A model generated the notes under the pieces. It did no database searches. It saw only the letters and a program-made list of their open reading frames with translations, and had not been told where the DNA came from. Below are positions 38,216 through 51,750 of a DNA stretch of 64,000 bases, piece after piece; within the stretch, counting starts at the first letter, position 1; each line of letters opens with the position of its first letter. The translations under genes and the position numbers were made by a program. The stretch spans positions 94,736,001 to 94,800,000 of the forward strand of contig JBITNC010000001.1 in the NCBI GenBank assembly GCA_050084985.1, written 5' to 3'. This DNA is from Nageia nagi (taxonomy: Eukaryota; Plantae; Pinophyta).

Positions 38216-40274
38216 ATGAAATGTTACATATATTTATAATATATGTCTACATATATTTATAATATTTTATGTCCATGAATTCTTATTTATGAACTAAAAT
38301 GATTATTATATATTTATATATTAGAATGAAATTAACTGAAAGAGAATTGTGTATACCTAAAATTTTTAAGAATTTGAAAAAGTATCAATGTTATATCAAG
38401 AAATCCACAAATTAAAGTAAATCAAATTGAATCTCTCTAATTTGTAGTTCATGTAGTGAAAAATATTTTCAGCTTTCACTTACAACCAAAGAAATTACAT
38501 TGCAAATTAATTAGATTTCGATTTATGCAGAATTATATAGAATTTGTGACCAATACTTTATTTTTATATAGAAAAATTTATTAAAAAATGCATTGGTAGA
38601 ATAACTTAATGTTGGTTTATTTATTGTTTTAATTTTTTTAATAATTTTATTTTTTTAATGTCAACCTTTTTTTAAAAGAATATTTACAGTCGAAACATTT
38701 AGGTCCTTGTCCTCTCCTAAGCTGCCATTGTAAAAAGCCTCTCTATGTAATTATATGACATAGACTACTAACCACGACATTTATGATCATTGATCACTAG
38801 ATACTTCAATGCAAGAAGATCACAGGGCTATAATTATGCAATTGCAGATATCTGTAAAAGCTTGGTTGCTTTTCAAGTTAATCAGTGGAACATTATGTCA
38901 CTTGCCTACACAACAATGAATTTCTGAAATTTAGTTGATCAAATAGAGAGACGGCCCTTAACAACTGGATACAAAGAAAGATGGACCATGTTTGAGCAAC
39001 AATGCTTACATAGAGTCATGCAACTCTAGATGAGCTATACATGCTCGTATATGAGAACCTAGATATGCACCTTCAATATCATCGAGCAGACATCAATTAG
39101 AGAGTTTATCAGTTTAATAGGACCTAATCAATGTTGAAAAACATAGAGAGACTCCTTGTTGCATCAGTTCCAATATAGGCAATAGACACAATTCCGTGAG
39201 AAGAACATTTCATAACCAAAACTAAGATAACTGCTATACCAAGGTTGTTCCAGAAAATGGTTCCAGCAGGAAATTTCTGGTGTTAGTGAATTTCTTTTAT
39301 TAAGTTGTATGTGCTATAATGACACTCAGCTTTCCACTTTCGGGTACCGTCATTCCTAACGTCCACAGAAAATCATCAAAAGTGTTGGTTAGATGTTGTA
39401 AACAGGACTTAGAATTCAATAAATATATGCTGAGTGTTCAGTTTGATATTCAATATTGGTCATCTACATCTATATAGTATATACTATATATGGTGACTTG
39501 AGAAGTTTAGTTATACGCTTAATGCCACTAAGAATGTTAGGTTGCCTAGTAGTTGGAAAGTTTTCTATAATTGGTAGTTAATATCACATATTGCAATTCT
39601 TTTCTTAACATAATTAATTAACAAAAGAAATCCACTCCCACAAGAATATGTAACAGAGGGTTGGTCTAGTCAGTTCACATGTCAGACTCCTGGTTCTAAT
39701 ACCCTTCGTTGAAAGTCACCTGTTCATTCATAGGAATCATGCCCTTTGCACAAGCTAATAGTTTCTATTCACATCATCAGTTCAGTGGTTAAAGAGCCTG
39801 TGCCACCCCAATCTGCTAACACAGTCATTCAAAAGATATCTACATTAAGCTAGCAACATACCTTCCACATGCCACATTTTGACTGGCATGATGGATATAT
39901 TTGAAATTAAGAGAATGGTGTGCGAGTACTTTTTTCTAAAATGTATTATTTCTAGGCCCCCATTGTAAGTAAAGCAAAGAATGTGACGCATGTTAATTCT
40001 TACCTCTTACAAGTATAGCAATACCTGCAAATTAATTACAGCTGTAACTGCTGCATTCTTGAAGAAAATATTAGAACCTTTCACTCTGTTCCATCATAAG
40101 TACTGATGCATAAAAGAAATCGAGGTTGACACTTTAATTTGATTTACCAATGAATAAAAACAAATAGATAGAAACGAGTATGTTTCACACATCAGATACA
40201 CTCATACATTTATAATTGAGCAGAATGTGAAGGGTCTTTCAGCTCATACCAACTGTAAACATTTTTTCAAAACC

Positions 40275-40442
40275 TCAAGCAGCAACCTCCTGTGATTTTG
40301 CAGAGATTTGATTTTGAATATGCTGGGGTACAACATCGAATTTAGCAAGTTGCATGATATAAGATGCACGACCTTTAGACATACCACGGAGATTACTAAC
40401 ATACTGAAACATCTCTGCCAGCGGGACCAGAGCATCAATTAC
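40275..40442 (-). CDS. CPEFG: cpEF-G exon 4 (C-terminus)
   Basis: Acceptor TGCAG|[31 protein letters not shown]...QEVAA*. Confidence 0.95.
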   Translation of the reverse strand, partial: VIDALVPLAEMFQYVSNLRGMSKGRASYIMQLAKFDVVPQHIQNQISAKSQEVAA

Positions 40443-43400
40443 CTGCATGTCAATAGCTATTAGCATACTATTCCATTGTGACATCATGCTAAAGAATATA
40501 CCCTTGAAGCACAAACTTATTCTGATTTTCTCCAGCATATGGAATAAATATTAAATCTAATGCTCTTATTTGAAAAATAAGACAAACACAAAATACTATT
40601 CCTAAAGAGGCGAACCTTAAGTCCACCTGGCGTGTCATCAAAGCTAATGATCTGACCACGCCTCGAATTGAGATCACCAATAACATCTCCTAAATGCTCC
40701 TCGGGTGTAACAACTTCAACTTTCATTACAGGTTCCAGCAACCTTGGACCTGCCTTTCTTATGCCTTCCCTGAAAGCACCACGAGCTGCAAGCTGAAATG
40801 CTAGAACACTGGAGTCTACGTCATGATATGACCCATCAGTAAGGACAGCCCGCACATCAACAACAGGGTAGCCTCCCAGGATACCGCTGCCCATGCACTC
40901 CTCTAATCCCTTCATTACACCTGGGATGTATTCCTTGGGCACAGCTCCACCTTTAATTTCACTCTTGAACTCGTACCCACTGCCAGCTTCCATTGGTTCA
41001 AATCTTACACTAATATCTGCAAACTGACCTTGACCACCTGATTGTTTTTTGTGCACATACTTCACTTCTGCTGTCCTCGAGATACTTTCTCTGTAGTTCA
41101 CTTGTGGAGCACCCACATTAGCCTCAACCTGAGAAAATGCATTATACATAATTATACAGCATACATAAATACAAGTAATGCATTCCTGCAAACAAAATGA
41201 AAGACCAGAATTACTTTCTTAGATATAGAGTTGAAGACTGATCATGTACCTTGAATTCTCTTTTCAGACGATCAACAATGATTTCTAGATGCAACTCACC
41301 CATTCCTTCTATAACGGTTTGGTTGGTCTCTTCATCTCTCGAGAAGTGGAAAGAAGGATCTTCCTGAGCAAGTCTAACAAGACCAAATGACATCTTGTCC
41401 ACATCAGCTTTTGTTTTAGGTTCAATTGCAACTTTGATAACGGGATCAGGAAATTCCATTCTTTCCAGCACAACAGGCTTGTCCGGATCACAAAGTGTCT
41501 CTCCTGTGATAGTATCCTTCAAGCCGGCAAATGCCACTATGTCCCCTGTCACAGAAACTTTGATATCCTCTCGACTATTTGCATGCATTTGCAGTAATCG
41601 TCCAATTCTCTCCTTCTTCCCTTTGTTGGAATTAAGCACATATGATCCAGCACTTACCTTGCCAGAATAAACACGTACAAATGTAAGAGACCCTACAAAT
41701 GGATCTGTCATGATTTTAAAAGCAAGCCCTGCAAATGGTTCGTCATCACTTGGATGTCTTTCCAAGATCACCTCTGGACTTTCTGCATCCGTTCCCTTCA
41801 ATGGTGGCAAATCAATAGGGGAAGGCAAATAATCCACAACAGCATCCAATAAAGGCTGCACACCCTTGTTTTTAAATGCTGAACCACAAAGAACTGGAAC
41901 AAATTTAAGAGTGAGAGTGCCCTTTCTGATCAATTTCCTTATTGTTTGCTCATCAAGCTCCTCTCCTTCAAGATACTTCTCCATGGCTTCATCATCAAGA
42001 TCCACTATAGTTTCAATCATTTGGTTTCTATATTCTTTGGCTAGTTCTACAAGATCCGCTGGGATGTCCTCATAGCTAAACTTTGCACCTAGTTCTTCCC
42101 CAGACCAAAAGACTGCCTTCATTTTGACCAGATCAACAACTCCTTGAAATCTATCCTCTGCACCCAATGGGATTTGTATAACAAGGGGTTTTGCCCCTAG
42201 ATTTTTTATTATCATGTCTCTAGTCCTGAAAAAGTTTGCTCCAAGTCGATCCATTTTATTAACAAAGCATATCCTGGGAACTCCATACTTATCTGCTTGT
42301 CTCCATACAGTCTCTGATTGTGGTTCCACACCAGCAACACTGTCAAACAAACAGATAGTTCCATCAAGTACCCTAAGTGCTCGCTCCACTTCCAAAGTGA
42401 AATCCACATGGCCAGGAGTATCAATAATGTTTATACGATGATTATTCCAGACAGCTGTTGTTGCAGCAGATGTAATTGTTATGCCTCTTTCTTGCTCCTG
42501 CTCCATCCAGTCCATCGTAGCAGTACCTTCATGAACCTCCCCAATTTTGTAATTTTTGCCTGTATAATATAAAATCCTCTCTGTAGTAGTAGTCTTTCCT
42601 GCATCTATGTGGGCCATAATTCCAATATTTCTATAATCTGACAGTGGAACCTCACGATCTGTAAAAGGAAACCCAGATGAAGTGAAACATGGATAAATAA
42701 GAACCATTTGCAATACAAATACATAGTTATTAGCAAAAAACACAGAAAAAATTAGGAGTAATTTTTTAACAGATAAAAATACAGAGAAACAGTTCAAACC
42801 GCAGCAAAACACATTTTCTAAACTGAACATAACATACATTCAAGTTACAGCATAAGATAGACTCAGAAAAATACTCAAAATGTGATGCAAAAGGAAGATT
42901 AGCAAAAAAAGGAAAACCTGTACAGAAGAAGTTGAAAATCAGTTATGACAAATGAAATGCTAATATGCTGCTCAAACTGCAAAGCAATAGACTTTCTATG
43001 GTAAAAAACCAATTACTGTTGATTATAGTATAAGATCCTCCTATATGGGCTATGCAAGAAACAACAAGGAAACCACTCAAATGCACTGTGAAATAGTTAT
43101 GATGAAATGATTCATGTCCCTGAAGAAACAAGGAATTGTTTGTTGCAGACAAGACATTGAGAACTGCTCAAACCTGTGTCAAAAAAAAATCTATGCCCAT
43201 ATTATCAAATTACTTGCAAAAAATTGTTGCCATTCAAAATCCAATTTCATGAACCTCCACTAGATTTCTTTGTTGGGTAAATTATTTCCCAAAACATCTT
43301 GAAATGGCTACGTTATGGAGGATAGATGCCGTGGCTAATCAGAATGAATGATGTTCTGCCAAACTTTAGACTAATCATGCACATGTGGAAATTGTAAATC

Positions 43401-45111
43401 ATGAGAGGACATGCATGACACCTTATCCTTTAAGTTTGTACTTGTGAACATCTAATCACTTAAAATGATGGTGAATTTGCAGTGTACAACAACATTTTCC
43501 ATGCAGATACAAGTGTAACTACTTCTGTTAAAAACCTCTCCAACTCGTCTCCTGTAAAGTTGCTGCGTTCCCAATTACCATTCCTAGAAACCCAGGCCCA
43601 CTTTGAAACATGATAAGATTTCTATGGGTAAACGACAATCATGGATTGGATTTTTTTTATAAGTAGTCTATATAAGAGACTTGCCCAAACAACTGAAAAG
43701 ACAATGAATGACAATGCAATCCGTGGATGAAATTAAAGTCATTCGCATTTAACGCATGTAATGGGACTAGAAGAACATAACATTCAATATAGAAGCTTGA
43801 AATAGCCAGACTAAAGTGCTGAGTAATTTTCATTATTAGCATCGTCAAAATATTCAAGGTGGACTGTATCGAGATCAGAGGGCAGTGCAAATAATAAACC
43901 AGCTACAACATTCCCGGTTCCAGGAAATGGTCATATGGGCAGGTCTATATACCATTCCATTTTAATCGGCAGATGGTCCTACACGATTTTATCCATTCAA
44001 GAAAATGCAAAATTTGGAATTTCACCCACACCTACGCTTCTCATGGAAATGTGAAACAAAAACAATAGGAAAAACAAATCAGCTACTGTTAAGGTGGACT
44101 TTAATGGCTGCAAGAGAGGGCAGGCAGAACGAGCTCAACGACTCAACATGAGTTGTAAACCTATGTAGCAGCAGTAAAGAGAATTTCTCTGGGGCAAACA
44201 CTATCAAATCCAAGCTAATACTGTTAAAAGTTTAAATGTGTGGCAGAGCTTGAAGCTTGAAAAACTTGCATAAGAGTTCTCTATGCAGCTAAAAGAAGTT
44301 TTAAATGGGAACAAGAGGTAAGAACTTGCATCTAATGCTCCTAAACATGATTAGCTCCGCTACAATATTATATCCAAGGGGCAACCCCTGTCAAGAAATC
44401 TTCGGGAATTCCTTCCTACTTACTCTCCAAAATGTAACCACGCCTTCAAACATCAACCAAGTAACCAAATAATGTACTGCACCAAAAAAAGGGTCCTCAA
44501 CATAGTCACAGAACCCAATATGTTATCCATGGGATTAGACTAGCGCCTTAGGCAAATGGGAAACATTTCAAAGAGTCTGATACAGATCGCAGCACCTCCC
44601 ACTGCAATTAAAGCATCCCACAATGAACCCCCTCCATATGTATAGCGTGCCTTAACCTAAATTTCTACTTATGCCCAGAAAAACCCAAATTTAATTTTCC
44701 CTCTCCATGAATTCACTAAGCTATGCTCCCTTGTATTGAGATTTCTCAATTTGTGTAGTAACCCACAAATCAAACACAATCCTAGGATAACATGGTCCAT
44801 CAGGATATGACATAAACAACTGCCATAATGATGAATCCGATTGAAACATTGTGTGTGCTTATATACAGATACTAACCTTCTCCAGACATGCAAAGAATAG
44901 AGGCTCTTCTAGAAGTATTGGGTGAGATCGAAAGAGACGCCTTGTGGAAGAGATGATTGAGTTTGAGTCCTTGCAGCCATGACGAATTCAGAACAACACC
45001 TCCCAAACTCTTGTGCCCATTAAATGAATTCACCGCAGCTCCATTTCTTTTCGTTCTGCTGTGATACTTACTGCAAGAGAAGTATTGTGTAAGTTTAAGC
45101 GTTTCTGCCAT
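40275..45111 (-). CDS. CPEFG: Chloroplast translation elongation factor G (nuclear-encoded, SCO1-like), 4 exons, 774 aa
   Basis: join(45111-44877, 42658-41250, 41128-40616, 40442-40275) = 2325 nt, all introns GT-AG and in phase. GTPase motifs [31 protein letters not shown]; domain III-V motifs [38 protein letters not shown]. Exon 1 is a Ser/Arg/Lys-rich transit peptide. Confidence 0.96.
40616..41128 (-). CDS. CPEFG: cpEF-G exon 3 (domain IV-V)
   Basis: Acceptor TTTTCTCAG|GTT, donor AAG|[15 protein letters not shown]...DTPGGLK, 171 codons. Confidence 0.95.
41250..42658 (-). CDS. CPEFG: cpEF-G exon 2 (G domain to domain III)
   Basis: Acceptor TTTTACAG|AT, donor AAG|[30 protein letters not shown]...LKREFK. 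Confidence 0.95.
44877..45111 (-). CDS. CPEFG: cpEF-G exon 1 (plastid transit peptide)
   Basis: MAETLKLTQ...[11 protein letters not shown], then donor G|GTTAG. Phase 1 joins AT of exon 2 to give Asp. Confidence 0.85.
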
Positions 45112-45125
45112 TACTTATTGGACTT

Positions 45126-45133
45126 AAACCCTA
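45126..45133. promoter_or_regulatory. Telo-box in the cpEF-G 5' UTR
   Basis: AAACCCTA 15 nt upstream of the ATG. Telo-boxes are typical of plant translation-machinery genes. Short motif, so a chance match is possible. Confidence 0.45.
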
Positions 45134-45762
45134 TGCCCTACAAAATTCCTGCTGCTGTGTGAAGCAGCTGCCGATTGTAGAGTGAGTAAAGGCTTTTGTT
45201 TATTTTGTTAATTTGGGAGTGCATTAATTTTGGATTTTGTTTGAATAAATGGGTGGAGAATAACAAAGGTGAGATATCAGCCTCGATCATTTTTATTTCT
45301 TCCCTTCATCCAAAACTCAGGTGGCCAATGAATGGCTACGGGCTCCAAACGTGGAGAGGCAGAAACGTCCATATTCCATTTAGAGCTAAAACATAATTGT
45401 GCAGATACTTGAAACGTACCTCGCCAATTTTAAATATATGATACTTGATTAATGAAGAAAACGTTTGTTTGAAGAGTTTTATCTTTGATATGATTGAGTA
45501 ATTTTATAATCTATTATTCTTGGTATTTTGGGTACGGCGCTTGTTATTTAGCTTTCAAGCTTTTAGAATTTTCTTATACTTTAGATAAATTTGATATGGT
45601 GTGATTTTCAAGTATGGTAAGAAATTTTTTGACTACGGGTTAAATAAATTGTATTTATTAGTTTTAGGGTTAAACACACTTCGTTTATCTTTTTTAAGTT
45701 AATCGAATTGTGATTATAAAAAATGGTGAAGAAAAAACTAAATGTTGGACTTAGTAGTTCTC

Positions 45763-45836
45763 AAAATGGCTTTACACGGATTTGAACCTACGTCTATGGT
45801 AGAAAACTCCACTCTTTTGACTAGCCAGGTTTCTAC
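45763..45836 (-). mobile_element. tRNA-like/SINE head fragment upstream of cpEF-G
   Basis: Perfect B-box GGTTCAAATCC on the minus strand (~45778-45788) with a weak A-box ~35 nt upstream. No cloverleaf and no TSD. Confidence 0.35.
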
Positions 45837-45851
45837 TTAAAATGGAAAGAA

Positions 45852-45904
45852 GGTTAATCCCACTTCCTTTAACCTCTGGGGAGTTAAACGAAGTGGGATT
45901 AACC
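45852..45904. repeat. Short inverted repeat (hairpin, ~22-bp arms)
   Basis: GGTTAATCCCACTTCCTTTAAC ... GTTAAACGAAGTGGGATTAACC, one mismatch. Confidence 0.85.
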
Positions 45905-47342
45905 CTTGCGGCAAAAAAAAATTATGGACCCTACCAATGCTTGTTTCTGACATGTGATAATGTCAGACTTGTCACGATACAGAAGGAGAATTCTGGAGGC
46001 TAGATAGCCAACACCTTTTGGTTATTGTTATTTTTAAAATTTCATTATAGATCTTATTATATATTGGATTTGATGATTATGTGTTGTTTATGAATCTTGT
46101 TCAATCAAAGATTTTTAAACTTGTGCTAAGAGATAATAATATTCTTTGTATAGTAATAACATTTTATCCTTTGGTATCTGAAGAGCTTAAGAAGGGAACT
46201 TGTAATTTATTTTCCTTAATGCCTTCTTTAAAGTGAAGTCAAAGTTATGCCCAATCAATTATAAGAGGATGAAGATAGATGAAGTACATGGTAGAGGGAT
46301 TGCAATGTATGTATTAATTTTTTAGGAGTTCTCGATATCATTTCAAGGTTTTCTCCCTTGAGATAAAGCAAACTAAGTGTAGAGTCTATGCTTGACCTTA
46401 ACCAAATAAAGTATTGAGTGGATATGAATTTCTTTGAATCTTCACATATGGATTCGTTCATCATGTTTGTGTACCTTTGAACCTATAAACCTTTATAGAT
46501 AATGTTAGTTTCCTTGAGTTCATGAGGGATATGATAATTTTCTACTTGCAACTAGTATCAAATAAAAGGCTTAGAGCTTAATGAAATGGATGAAGCTTAC
46601 TATCCTTGATATGGAAAAAGTTTGAAATAAAATGCCAAATTGACATTGCTAAATCAAACATATGTACATGATGTTGTGATAAGATAAGGCACATATGATG
46701 GGTGCAAGTCATATAGGTGACATCTTATTATGTTGATATTATTGTGATGTAAAACCTATAAACTTATGAATGAGATTAATGAAAAGATCATTAGTAGGCA
46801 CAATCATCCTGCATCAAATACAATTGAAAAAATATAAGTTATGAAAGGACTAGTTAAGCCATAAGAAATTATAAACTATAAAATCCTATAGCTTATGATC
46901 ATGGTCTCATGTGAAGCATGAAGCAAGATTAGCCACAAATCATGCCAAGATAATGTTAAAGTTGTACTCCATGCCAAACATTATGCGAACATTAGATGTG
47001 ATCATGCCCTCCTATATAGTAAGGTGCAACTTCTAAAGAGGATGTAATTGTACCCCTAATATAGCATGATATAAATACAAAAAAGGATATGATCATACCT
47101 TCCTACAAAGTAAAGGTGCCCAAGAGAGGTAAATCATCTTAGGATGGTACCCCTATGAAAAGTATGGTATGATTTATGAAGAAAGAAAAAATGTTTGAGG
47201 AAAATTATCATGCTAATGAAAACTAAAATAAGTTTTATGTCATGTATATATTTTCCCTTGAGATATGCATGTGATCCTTTAGGTGAAGATGCATATTTCA
47301 AACAAGTAAATGTGGACATGATGTTTGTTATATTGAGGATGA

Positions 47343-48152
47343 GACTTTGCTAATGATGATGATGACTCCAATTAGGATTATGTGAACCAAGCTATGTTAT
47401 GAGAAGTTATCAATCCTTTTGCTAGTTATCTATACATTTTTACCTTGTTTTGACTCCAAAATTTAACAAATTATTAGATTATTGACTCGATGGAGATAGA
47501 AATATTACAAAATACAAAATAAAAAGAGAACAGTAAATGAGTCACAAAGGGGTTGATCTTTATTAATATATAACTATCAATTGCATTCGATCATCATATT
47601 CAATATATTGATCTCTTCTCTCTCTTTCTTACCAACCCTCACACTTCTCGCTAGTCAACACATCCATGGGCATGTCGATGGGCACTTATACAATGTGTCA
47701 ATGCCTATTAGTGATATTTCAATGGATGTGTGATGCTTGATGGATGAATGGTCAATTATAATGATTGATTCTTATCCATAACTCTTTGAGTCACTTCTTA
47801 TATTGTCTTCGTGTTGCTTCAAAAGAGGTGTGTCAATTAATTATCTTGGTGTCACTTTGCTTAATCTTGATTAGTTAGCTTTAACTCTTTATCCTTCAAA
47901 TCAATACATATAGATCACTTTAATCGATCGATCGCTAATATCATATTTGGTTGATTGATTTCCATGATAACATTCTCCCCAACTTAAATCTAAGGCTCGC
48001 CCTCAAGAATTTCTTTATATGGTTTTTGGAATGAAGAGACTACAAAGCTAAAGGAGAATTTTCAAAGTCATTTTTATAATTACTATCTTCTAATTCTATG
48101 TTCTTTATCGATCATGTCTATTTCTTCCTGGTCTAATCATAGTTCATCCTCA
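47343..48152. repeat. 810-bp direct duplication, copy A (gypsy-like LTR part + PPT + internal end, minus orientation)
   Basis: Matches 48600-49404. Contains reverse-strand CTTGAGGGCGAGCC...AAGTTGGGGAGAA|TGTTA, a gypsy-type PPT/LTR junction at ~47972. Confidence 0.9.
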
Positions 48153-48599
48153 ATTAACTTCTAAATTAACTTCTTATCTCCCAAGATCTCAAGAAGGCAC
48201 TTTCAACATCAAAACAATAGCACAATAACTAAAGCCAATCACAAAAATAACACAAGATATAAAGTGGTTCCTCCCTCCTTAGGAGTACATCCACTAACTA
48301 AGATCTTTTTATCCTCAAATACCTCTCTTACAAAATCTCTTCTCTCTCTCACACTCTAAACCTATAGCAAAGCTTGCATTACAATTGTGGAACTAGAGAA
48401 GGGGAGGGTTCTTCTCTTTATATAAGAAGACACCCACTCTATAATTAACCCCTTTTCTATTTTTAATCTTTTACCTATTTTTAATCATTCTCCTATTTTT
48501 ATTCCCTTTATTCTTTAAGGTATCTAATGATACTTTAAGTATCAAGTGAATTTACATTAAGAAGAAATATTACACAATATTACATTACAAATTCTAACA
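48153..48599 (-). mobile_element. 3'-truncated LTR of the same copia family as element 1
   Basis: Reverse strand starts TGTTAGAATTTGTAATG at 48599 and contains AGTGGATGTACTCCTAAGGAGGGAGGAACCACTT as in the element 1 LTRs. The CA end is missing. Confidence 0.85.
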
Positions 48600-50700
48600 A
48601 ATTTTGCTAATGATGATGATGACTCCAATAAGGATTATGTGAACCAAGCTATGTTATGAGAAGTTATCAATCCTTTCCTTAGTTATCTATATATTTTTAC
48701 CTTGTTTTGACTCCAAAATTTAACAAATTATTAGATTATTGACTTGATAGAGATATAAAAACAAAATATAAAATAAAAAGAGAACAGTAAATGACTCACA
48801 AAGGGGTTGATCTTTATTAATATATAACTATCAATTGCATTCGATCATCATGTTCAATATATTGATCTCTTCTCTCTTTCTTATCGACCCTCACACTTCT
48901 CCCTAGTTGACATGTCCATGGGCATGTCGATGGGCACTCATACAATGTGTTGATGCCTAGTAGTGATATTTCAATGGATGTGTAATGCTTGATGGATGAA
49001 TGGTCAATTATAATGATTGATTCTTATCCATAACTCTTTAATTCACTTCTTATATTTTCTTCATGTTCTTTGGAAGAGTTTAGTCAATTAATTATCTTGG
49101 TGTCACTTCACTTAATCTTGATTAGTTAGCTTTAACTTTTTATCCTTCAAATCGATACATATAGATCACTTTAATCGATTGATTGCTAATATCATATTTG
49201 GTTGATCAATTTCCATGATAACATCCTCCCTGACTTAAATCTAAGGCTCGCCCTCAAGAATTTCTTTATATGGTTTTTGGAATGAAGAGATTACAAAGGT
49301 AAAGGAGGATTCTCAAAGTCATTTCTTTTAATTACTATCTTCTAACTCTATGATCTTTATCGATCATGTCTATTTCTTCCTAGTCTAATCATAGTTCATT
49401 CTCATTTTTAGGGATGGTGAGTGGTCAATCGATGTAGCATCAATAGTTAGCTATGTTGAAATCTCTATTGATTCATTAGGATTTCTTTATATAACTTAAA
49501 GGGTTCACCTCCAATTCTAGTGGTGGTAGTTCGTTAATTGGTATCTCCTCGATGGTGTCTCAATTTTCCACCAATCCTAGCTTTTCTTCACTTTTCAACA
49601 ATCTTATCATAGTTCATCTTCAATACCAAAGATGGTAATTCATTAGTCAATGTCTCTCTCAAAAAATTGATCACTCCTAATCTCAAGGTTGTCTATTGAG
49701 TAAGAATATATATTCCTCCTACTATATTCTCTACTAACCTACTCCTACTCTTATACTTTGAAATACTTCTCAATATCTTCTTTTCTTTATTCTTATTCCA
49801 TCCTTTTTAACATAGAATGTCTCTTCCTCATTTTGTTTCCTTTTTTAACCTTGTCGATTAATTTTGTATAGACATTTCCTCCCCAACATAAGATAATGAC
49901 TCATCCTCGAGGCTTTTTTTTGGATAAATCGATATTATGTCAACAAGGGAATCACCATGAATTTTAGTAAATTATAGAAATAGAGGAGGGTTTTCCTCTT
50001 CTTGTCTCTCTTTGAATTCGATAGAATCTCCTTTACCAACTTGATGAAGTAATGACGTATCCACTAGTAATGGATTGTATAGGTCTCGATATAGGTTTCA
50101 TCATCATAATTCTTGTATGTAGTCCTAGTGCTCCTACTATATTCTTATTCTAATCAAACCAATTGGTATCTCCTTCCATAGCATGACCTAATTGGTCACA
50201 ATATACTTCTAGTGTGTACACCTTCTCAACAATCCAGAGGGCTTCATTGATTCTATCTGTTTGATTTTTGCTCTCTTTATTCCCTCCAACTAATTTTTAT
50301 TTCTTCACCTTTATTCTCTAGGTGCCTCTTGTACTTTTTCTTCTTTATCAATCTCATCAATTTTATTTTTTCCTTTTTGTAAGTTTTCCTTCTTTTTAGA
50401 GCCTCATCTTTGTAAACTTCATAGGGTACAATTTCAAAAAGGGGGAGGTAACAATCCATGTTTATAGAATAACCAATATGTAATAGTGGAAACCTATGTC
50501 ACATGCAAACTGCAAGGGGTACCAATAGGTTTGCAATGAGTCATGGAGAATCTAACAAGTATATCATCAATATTTTTGGTTTGAATGATGAAGATGTTGT
50601 TGGATGATTATTGAACTTGCATGCCCAAAAAATATTGCATATCATCCAGATCACTCATCTCAAACTCAGTAACCATGGTAGTATTAATTGGAGCATAGAA
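48600..50700 (-). mobile_element. Gypsy-like element remnant (duplication copy A' 48600-49404 plus decayed internal region)
   Basis: Second PPT/LTR junction at ~49222. Purine-rich, Lys/Glu-rich decayed coding traces on the minus strand (e.g. ORF 50277-50459). Confidence 0.5.
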
Positions 50701-51750
50701 GAAGAGGAGCTCATAAAAATAATATCATCAACATAGAGAAAAATGATGATATAGTTAAATTCAAATATCTTAGTGTTCAATGTGGCTTTCATAGAGAACC
50801 TTTGAAAGCCATTTTAATGTAAGTAGGTGTTGATCTAAGAATACCAGGTGCATGGGGCTTGCTTCAAGCCATAAAGAGCTTTCTTAAGTTGGTACACTTT
50901 ATCCTCTTGATAAAATGGTAAATCCTAGGAGTTGATTCATGTAAACTTCTTCATCCAAGTTTCCATTAAAGAATGCTTATTTTACATCTATTTGATACAG
51001 AGTTAGCTAAAAATGAGATGCAAAAGAAATAAGAGATTAGATTGTCTAAAGTTTGAGAATAGGTGCAAATGTATCTTCATGGTCTAGGCATTCTTTTTGG
51101 ACATAATCCTTTGCTACCAAGCAGATTTATGTTTAGCAATATTATCATCAACATTATGCTTCAACTTATAAATCCATTTGACTCCAATGTTATTCTTGTT
51201 AGTTGGAGGAGGGAAAAGTTACGAGGAGTCATTCTTTGGGACTTTCTCAATCTCATATTTTGTTACTTTTTTCTAATTATCATTTATTTTCGCTTCTTTG
51301 AAGATGGAAGGCTTGATGAGGGAAGAGGACATCAAGGTGTAGTTGGTGATTTGTCACCCTACCTTGATTATTTTTGAGTCACTCATTTGGTGAAATCATC
51401 ATCCAATATCTAATATTATGGATGATCCTATGCAAGTTGCATCTTGGAAGAAGAAGTAACTATCAAGGGATTGGGAAACTATGGTGGGAAGGCTACTAGG
51501 GATCTACTAGGTTAGAGAAAAGAGTTTCTTCGAACTTAGGAACATTGTTAGAAGTATCAATCAAGCCATTAGTATAAACACCCCCTTCATTGAAAATCAT
51601 ATCACAGCTAATGTACAACTTACCATACATTGGATCATAACACCAATAGGCTTTAGAATCATCTAAGTATCCCACAAAGATACACTTAATGTATTTTTCA
51701 TCCAATTTTTGCCTATTCTCCTTAGGAATATGCACATAGTAGGTGGATCC

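Noticed and set aside
41309-42572. Short ORFs overlapping EF-G (antisense or alternate frame)
   Set aside because: Shadows of the EF-G coding sequence with no recognisable motifs.
41211-42839. 542-aa ORF as a standalone protein starting MYVMFSL
   Set aside because: The first ~60 residues and the tail after REFK are intron read-through. The real exon is 42658-41250. The same applies to the ends of ORFs 40517-41191 and 40275-40538.
40275-45111. Bacterial fusA contamination, horizontal transfer or a plastid DNA insertion
   Set aside because: Three spliceosomal introns and a transit-peptide exon show an ordinary nuclear gene.
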